Assembly (NCBI GenBank): GCA_029717555.1
Contig: JAMDHS010000083.1
Coordinates: 62,001-89,478, forward strand
From: Peribolospora baueri
Lineage: Eukaryota
DNA length: 27,478 bases
Reading direction: 5' to 3'
Shown here: in pieces, positions 20,057 through 27,478 of the stretch
Layout: the number at the start of each line of letters is the position of its first letter
How positions within the stretch are numbered: position 1 is the stretch's first letter
Program-made: the position numbers and the translations under genes
Notes under the pieces: model-generated
What the model was told of the DNA's origin: nothing
Databases searched by the model: none
Seen by the model: the letters and a program-made list of their open reading frames with translations, nothing else

Positions 20057-23000
20057 ATGGCCGGTGGACACGCGCGCACGGCCTCGACCAGCAGCGCCGG
20101 CTCGGCCGCCGGAGGAGGGGGAGCTGGTACCTCTGTCCAAGTCGGTAAGTCTTTTCTCGTCCGCGTCGGAAAGCAAGTCCGACTGAGCGGACTGAGCCCC
20201 CTCCTCTCGTCCCTCCCGTTGCAGTCACCCGCATCCGACCCATCACCAACCAGGACAACGTCAACATACCCACGCGCTGGCAGCGCAATGTCCTTCACCC
20301 TATCACAGCCACTACCCTCCAGGTTGAAGCCGGCGGCGCCCCGCCACCTGGCGTCACCGGCGGGCCGCCCGCATTGTCTGGCTCCCACGGCAAGGACGGC
20401 CAGAAGCGCCAGACGTTCTCCTTCGACCGCGTTCTCACGCCGTCCGACGGTCAGGCCACAGTCTACTCTGCCGCCGCTGCGCCCCTCGTCGCTCGCTTTC
20501 TAGAAGGCTATAACGTCACCATTCTCGCTTACGGTCAGACCAGCTCCGGAAAGTCATACACCATGGGCACTTCTGGCCTCGACGTCGACTACGAGGCGTT
20601 TTCGACCTCTGCCGGCGCCGCAGCCCTCGCCGCCGACGATAGAACCGGCATCATCCCCCGAGCCGTCTCGCACGTCTTCGATAAGATTCGCGATGACTCG
20701 TCCAAGTCTGGCGCGATCCAATACACCGCAAAGGTCAGCTTCGTTGAGATTTACAATGAGGACCTGATCGACCTCCTCGCCGACTCGGACGTCAACTCCA
20801 GGCCGCTTGTCCAGATTCGCGAGGACAAGGCGGGCCATATCATTTGGAGCGGCTTGAGGGAAGTCAAGGTGCAGAGCGTGGTCGACGTCATGGGTCAGCT
20901 TCGCCATGGCAGCAGCTTGAGGAGGACGAACGAGACGGACATGAATGCCCAGTCTTCTCGATCCCACGCCATTTTCTCTCTCACTCTCACCCAGCGCAAG
21001 TACGTCGGCTCCAACCCGCCGCCCCCACCGTCGGCCAGTCATAGCTCCCATCCTCCCAGCGCCTTCGGTAACGCCGCCACCTCCGGCATCCCTGCGGCTT
21101 CCGGGCGTACCACCCCCACCGGCATGGTTCCTCCTTCGCCGGGCCGGTCCGGCATCGCCCGCCCCACTTCTGTCATGGGTTCTCGCGTCGCCAGCCCCAC
21201 CTTGGGCTCGCGGCCCACCACACCATCGCTCGGTTTGGCCGTCGCCGGCAGTGGCATCCCCGGCCCGAACGGCCGGAATTCTTCCATGGGCTTGCGACCC
21301 GCTAGCATGGCCGTGTCCAGGAGCGCGAGCCCGGTCTTCGGCGGAAGGGACGAGGAGAAGCCCGCTCCGAACGCGAACGCGGGCGCGACCGACGGCGAGT
21401 GGGTGACGGTCACGAGCAAGTTCCACTTTGTCGACTTGGCCGGCAGCGAGCGACTCAAGCGGACCGCCGCACAGGGCGAGCGGGTCAAGGAGGGTATCTC
21501 CATCAACGCGGGCCTACATGCCCTAGGCAACGTCATTTCGGCCCTCGGCGACCCGGTCAAGGCGAAACATACGACGCACATCCCCTACCGTGACAGCAAG
21601 CTGACCCGCCTGCTGCAAGACAGTTTGGGAGGCAACGCGCATACGCTCATGATCGCTTGTGTCTCGCCGGCAGAGTACAACGTGAGCGAGACGATCAACA
21701 CGCTCAAGTACGCCAACCGGGCGCGAAACATCAAAAACAAGGCTGAGCTCAACGAGGTCGAGGTGGGCTGGGAGGACGTGGAGTACTTGCAGGCGCAGGT
21801 GCTCAAGCTTCGCAAGGAGCTTGCCGCTCTCAAGGAGGCCAAGGCGACCGGCAAGCTCGGCACGATCGGCGAGGAGCTCACCAAGGCTTCGCAGGTGCCC
21901 AAGGACCGGGAGATTCTGGAACTGCAAGACCAGTACTCGGACCTGAGCCAGAAGTACACCCGGCTCACCGCCGAGCTGGCAAAGGCCCAGTCGGGACGGC
22001 AGCAGGCCGGCGTCGACAAGGACGCTGAGCAGTCGTTCGCCGAGGCCGCCGAGCCGATCATCGAGGAGTACGAGAAGACGATCGACGTGCTGGAGAGCCA
22101 GATGAACCTCATGAAAGCCGCCCTGTCCCACTCCGAGGAGCTCATACAGACCCAGGAGGACAAGCTGGCGGAGCAGGAGGAGCGTCTCGCCTCGTCCGAG
22201 CGCGACCTCGAGTCGCGCGAGGCGACGATCGAGGAGCTCAAGAGCCGCCTCGCCAAGCTGCATGACCGCGAGACGACGGCAGACGGGTACGCGCGCGACT
22301 TGGAGAGCCGACTGCAGGCTTACGCGAGCCGAGACGACGCCGAGTCGGCCGTGGTGGCGGAGCTGCGCAGGGAGGTGAGCCGGCACCGAGAGACGGAGGC
22401 GACGAACGAGAGGTACATCAAGGACCTTGAGGCGCGTTTGGCCAAGAGCGAGGACGCGACGGCTAGCCTGAGCTCGCAGATAGACCGCCTGGAGAGGGAG
22501 GTGGCGCGCCGGGAGGAGGCGTACCGGGACCTGCAGAGCAAGTTTGAGTTGCTCGATACGGGCGCGGAGAACAAGCTGCTCCTGGAAGAGCTCGACGCGC
22601 GGGAGCAAAAATCGCTCGAGCTGGAGAGGCGCATCGACGAACTCGTCGGCGAGAAGGAGGACATGGCCAGGGAGAGAAATCGCTTGAAACAAGCTGCCGA
22701 AAAGGAGGAGGAGCGGTGCGCCAAGCTCGAGGAGCGCATTCGCTCTCTCGAAAGCCGAACTCTGGCTCCATCGGCCACCACCGCCACCGCCGTCGCCGCC
22801 GTCGCTGCCGCCGCCGCCGGAGAGACCGAGATCGAGACTCCGCCGGTGACGCCTGGTGAGGGCGACTCGGTCGACGCGCCCAAACGCCTGTCGGCCGGCG
22901 AGAACACACCTAGGGCAACGCCGAGCGCTGTTGCTCCTGACACGCCGCCGGCAGAGTCCGAGTCGGGCGACCTGAGAGACGAGCTGAGGTCGCTGCGCGA

Positions 23001-26000
23001 GTCGCACGAGAGGACGCTCGCCGAGCTCGAGGACTTGACGACCAAGTACCGCGACTCGCTCAAGGAGATCGAGGACCTCGCCAACCAACTCCGCGAGGCC
23101 AAGCTCGTCCAGTCCGAGGCCGAGGACGTCGTTCCGTCCCCCAGCACGCCCAGCGCACCGCGGAGCAGGACGAGCTCGACGAACAGCTCGTCAGCGGACG
23201 ACCCCGTCGACCGCCTCGGACCGATGCAGTCTCACATGCGCGCCTCGCCTCGCTCCGGACGTAGGCTGTCCGAGGGTGTGCGCATCTCGCCGAAGCGGAG
23301 CCCTTTTTTAGGTTTGCAAACTGGGAGCGGTATGGCGAATGCGCACGTGCGCTCGCAATCGCTCTCGCAGGAGCTTTCCTCGGTGCAATCGCCACGCTAC
23401 ACATGGTCCTCGGCGATGTCGCCCCTCTTGCCCTCTTCGTCCCGCACGCTCGGCGACGGCTTGCCGGCGACCTATGAGAGGCAGATTTTGAGCCTCGAGA
23501 AGGAAACGATGCGCCTCCAGGAGGTGCTCAAGGAGAGGGAGGAGGAGATCGACATCCTCGAGAAGAGCCTAAAGGAGCATGGCATCGTCCCTCACATACA
23601 GCAGACGCCCCCTGGAACCGAAGAAGAAACCGGCTCCGAGGAGGCCGACGGAACGTCCTCCTCCGACGCCGGCTCCTCCTCCGCCAACGCGGTTCCCTCG
23701 ACGCCGAAGAAGGAACTTACGCTATCGCTATCGCTCTCGCACAAGAAGAGTTTCGTCAAGCCCGGCGCGCTCACCCCGGCCACAGAGGAGAACTTTAGCA
23801 GGCTCAAGGCGGACATTGAGGAGCTTAACGACCGGATGCCGAACCCTGAACAGAACGAGAGTCACCTCAAGAGGCTCGATGAGCTCATGCGGTGAGACAG
23901 GCGTCTTTTTTGAAAACCTTTTTTTCCCTGGGTTTGTCGTTTTTCGGAAAAGAGATGGGCTGATTGAAGACGATCGTTTCCGTCCCGGTACAGGTCCATG
24001 GCTCGCAAGGAGACCGCTCATCGCGAGACTGTGGACGCTTTGACCGAGGAGCTCACCGCGCTCCGCAAAGAGCACGAGACCCTTCAAGCCCTCAATAGGG
24101 ACCAAGTGAGGAACATGTCGACCGAGCTCGAGGGTCTCCGGGAGCAGCTCAGCTTGCGCGCCTCTCGAGGAGGTGACGACGACGAGGACGACGGACAGAA
24201 GACCGGCGGCCCGTCCGACTTTGACGAGTCTGTCCAGGCGCTCAAGGCCCAGATCGAGGCGGCCCAGGCGGAAGCGTCGAAGAAGGACGTCGAGTTTGCG
24301 GCCCAGCTCCAGGCCGCGCGCGACGAGGCCGAGGCGGCTTTGAAGGCCCGTGACGAGGAGCACGAAAAGTCGCTTGCCGCCAAGGTGGCCGAGCATGTGG
24401 AGGAGCTGCAGAAGAAGGCGGAAGAGCACCAGGCGGCGTTTGACCGCGTGACGGAGGAGCATCGGCGGGCGATCGACGAGCTCAAGGAGGAGCACGCGAG
24501 GTTGCTCAAGGGCAAGGAGGAGGAGCTCAAGGAGGAGCACGCTAGGTCGCTCAAAGACAAGGAGGAGGAGCTCAAGGAGGAGCACGCGAGGCTGCTCAGG
24601 GTCAAGGAGGAGGAGTTTGCCGCTCAACTGCGCAGCGCCGATCTCGCCAGGCAGAGCTTGGCAGCTGAGAGCGAAGAGGTGAGTCCGGCGAAAGCGTCCT
24701 CCTCCGTTCACGGCCGTTGACTAACGTTTTCTATTCGGACCAAAAGGGCCGTTCCGCGTTAATCACGCAGCTGCGTGACGAGCACGCGGACCAGCTCCGT
24801 CGGGCTCAGGAAGAGCACGAGATCACCCTCGCCCGCAGCTTGGCGTCCAAGGACGTCGCGCACAGCACCGCCATCGCCCAAAACGAGGCCGCCACCGAGG
24901 AAAGAGAAGAGCGGCACGCGGCCGAGCTCGCTGAGCTCAAACGGTCGCACGAGGACGCGTCTGCTCGTCTGGCCCGAGAGCACGCCGACGCCATTGCTGC
25001 GGCGGTGGCCGAGGCGCACAGCGAGGCCGCGCGGTCCAAGGAGGAAGCGGATGCCGCGACGGAAGCGGAGCACGCCTCGGCCCTGCAGCGCGCCGTTGAA
25101 GATGCGAAACAGTCGTTGGAGAAGAGCCACGAGGAGGCGGTGGCGGCCTTGCGCGCCGAGCATGACACTGCGCTCGCCACGCTCAAGGCAAGCCACGAGA
25201 AGGAGCTGAGCGAGTCATCGGAGAGGAGCCGCGAGGAGGCTGTGGCGGCCTTGCGTGCCGAGCATGAAGCCGTGCTCGCCACCGTCAAGGCAGACCACGA
25301 GAAGGAGCTGAGCGAGGCGCGCTCAGCCCGGGCACAGGCGTCGACGTCGATCGAGGAGGAGATGGCCAAGCTCGAGACGTCTCACGCAGATCAGCTCAAG
25401 TCGAAAGAAGAGGAGCACGCGAAGGCACTGGGCACCTTCGAGTCCAAGTTGGCCGACCTTTCCAACGAGCATGCCACCGTGCTCGAGGAGCGCGACGCGA
25501 TGCATATCGAGCTCCAGGACACGGGCGATGCGCTGATCACGCTGGAAAGCGCTCTCACCGAGTCACAGGAGGAGCGTGAGCGCCTGTCGCACGAGGTGGC
25601 TGACCTGCGCGAGGAGCTTGAGAGCGTCAAGGCGAAGCAACCGGAGAACGAGGCGATTGTGAAGGACCTGGAAGAGCAGCGGTCTTCGCTCACGCAGGTG
25701 CAGGGCGCGCTTGCTAAGGCCAAGGCCGAGGTGGAGGCGCTGCAGGCGGAGCGCCTGAAGCAGGATCAGTCGCTCAAGGAGCTTCAGGCCAAGGTGGCGG
25801 GCGTGAGCCTGCCTCAGGTCGCCGACGGCGTCGGGCTCGGTATCAACGGCGCAGACGGCCCTTCTTCGCCGACGGACGAGCATCCTCGGCCCAACGGCTC
25901 GCTCGCGCGACACAGCACGGGCAAGCCGCCGCCGCCAACGCCGCCTCCGTCGGTGCCTCCTCCGCCGTTGCCGACCAACGTGCCATCGGGACCGGCGCAC

Positions 26001-26773
26001 AACAGCATGTCTTCGATCCGCTCATCGACGACGGCGGGCGTGCGCACGTCCTCTTCTTCCACCTCGCTCGGACGCAACTCGCGCGCAGAGTCGCCGACGA
26101 CGACGATGACGAGCAGCGGCGCGCGCAACTCGTCTGCCTCGCTGGCCGGCTCGCCGATCACGGCGAACGGCATGCCCGCGGTGGCGGATCCGAAGGTGCA
26201 GAAGTACATCGAAGACCAGGAGGCGCAGATCCGCACGCTCACCAAGCAGCTCGAGCACTGTGAGGCGGACCTGCAGGCGAACATCGACCTGGTCAGCACG
26301 CTCGAATCTGCGCTCAACGACTCGGAGAGAAACGTGAGTGTGGGGGGAAGGGAAAGATTTGCCATTTCGTAGTTCCTTTTTAGCTGACTGTGCCGTTCCC
26401 GTTCTTTGCCCGACTCGTACAGCTGCGCAAATCTCGGGTACAGATCAACGAGCTGACGCGAGAGCGCGAACAGGCGCTCCAGCAGGCGGAAACTCTGCGG
26501 CAGCAGCTGGAATCGGCGCAGACGGAGGCGGACACGGCGAGGCAGAGTGTGCTGATCAAGGACAAGGAGCTGGCGTCCAAGCTGGCGGAGGCGAACAAGG
26601 AGCGGGAGCGGGCGAGGATGCAGCTGGAGCAGAGGCTGGATGAGATGTCGAAGCGCAAGTCCAAGGTGAGCGGTGTGGAGGTCGTCGTGGCCGCGTACGT
26701 GACGACGGCCTTGGCTCTGGCTGACGAGGGTCTTTTTGCGTTGATGATGGAACGACAGTTCCTTTGCCTCTAA
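20057..26773 (+). CDS. Kinesin-4 family (KIF21-like) N-terminal motor protein with long coiled-coil tail, ~2094 aa
   Basis: Exons 20057-20144, 20225-23891, 23994-24678, 24747-26333, 26423-26665, 26759-26773 (6285 nt, in frame). Motifs: VQVVTRIRP, P-loop GQTSSGKS, switch I NAQSSRSH, switch II FVDLAGSERLKRT, HIPYRDSKLTRLLQDSLGGN, ETINTLKYANRARNIKN. 'ERVKEGISINAGL' supports kinesin-4. The protein ends KRKSK|FLCL*. Confidence 0.95.
24478..24612 (+). repeat. Coding tandem repeat, 45 nt x3
   Basis: Units start at 24478, 24523 and 24568: ELKEEHARLLKGKEE / ELKEEHARSLKDKEE / ELKEEHARLLRVKEE. Confidence 0.92.
25125..25328 (+). repeat. Coding tandem duplication, 102 nt x2
   Basis: Units start at 25125 and 25227: SHEEAVAALRAEHDTALATLKASHEKELSESSER / SREEAVAALRAEHEAVLATVKADHEKELSEARSA. 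Confidence 0.88.
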
Positions 26774-27432
26774 AGACAAAGAAGGTGGAGCGTCGTCTCC
26801 TTTCCCCCATTAATGGATTCGCTTATGCACGCCACAGAACGGGGTCGACCGTCGGGCCATTTCGTCGCTCGTCTTCGTCGGGCGGCGCGCCATGGCGGAC
26901 GGGGGCGTCGCGTCCGTTGGGTCGACTTCAGCAGGTTCTGGTCTGCCCGTGGAGCTTGCCTACCTACTTAGCTCGCTCCTCTCTCTACGTTCGTTCGCTC
27001 TCGTCTCGCCCTTGCAACGCCGGCTTTGGCCGGAACGCGCCGTCACTCGTTTGATATCTATCCTGCGGATCGTTTCGCTTGTCTCGTTTCGCCCTACCCT
27101 CGTTTATGTCGCCGGACCTCTCCCTCTTTTTCTTCTCTCTCTCTCTCCCCTCTCCACCTATGATCAAACGGGCTTCGCCCGCCCCTTATTCGACTCATTC
27201 GCTCGTTCGTCTTCGTGGCACCGAGTCGTCGTCGTCCGACTCGGTAGCATCCCTCTTTCGCTCTGCTGCTCCTTTCGCTCGTGTACTACGGCTTTATCTC
27301 CGCTCGTCCCTCCGTCCGTCCCTCTCTCTGTTCGCTCGTCCGTTCGTCCGCTCGTCGGCTACAAATACCCTCCCTTGTGATCGATTCGTCTATTCTGTTT
27401 GTTCCTGTGTCTACTGCCAAGCTTATTTCCTT

Positions 27433-27434
<2 letters not shown>

Positions 27435-27464
<30 letters not shown>
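27435..27464 (+). repeat. Poly(T) tract (30 nt)
   Basis: Uninterrupted T run near the window end, downstream of the kinesin gene. Confidence 0.9.
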
Positions 27465-27478
27465 CCCTTTTTTTCTTC

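Noticed and set aside
24478..24612. Regularly spaced repeats as a CRISPR-like array
   Set aside because: Contiguous in-frame coding repeats without unique spacers, in a eukaryotic gene.
20554..26779. Long antisense ORFs over the kinesin (e.g. 21523-23088, 23728-24711, 25814-26779)
   Set aside because: Leu/Ser-rich mirror translations of GAG/AAG/GAC-rich coiled-coil codons.
26764..27380. ORFs downstream of the kinesin stop
   Set aside because: Pyrimidine-rich 3'-UTR-like sequence giving spurious Leu/Ser/Phe-rich translations.
27431..27478. Poly(T) as the tail of a minus-strand retroelement or processed pseudogene
   Set aside because: Any element body would lie outside the window and no target-site duplication can be assessed. 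Homopolymers are common in this window's intergenic DNA.

Overview
Eukaryotic (fungal) genomic DNA: GC-rich and intron-rich, with GT(G/A)AGT donors and CT(R/C)AC-type branch points. It is most consistent with a basidiomycete, possibly Ustilaginomycotina (inference). I assembled seven spliced genes by hand: (1) anoctamin/TMEM16 (Ist2-like), minus strand, running off the left edge; (2) a ~1095-aa protein that I interpret as a divergent API5 (apoptosis inhibitor 5)-family protein with long low-complexity extensions; (3) a PQ-loop membrane protein with a C-terminal acidic dileucine signal; (4) mitochondrial ribosomal protein bS21m; (5) transketolase; (6) LIS1/PAC1/NudF; (7) a ~2094-aa kinesin-4 (KIF21-like), head-to-head with LIS1. 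I found no tRNA, rRNA, transposon or CRISPR array. The leads worth checking are the API5-like gene, a hairpin in transketolase intron 2 that could mask a PTC-generating 3' splice site, SxIP motifs inside the kinesin motor-loop insert, the LIS1/kinesin divergent pair, and several non-canonical splice sites. Exon boundaries are manual predictions without transcript data. Family calls rest on motifs recalled from memory, not database searches. I see no clear-cut novel multi-gene system.
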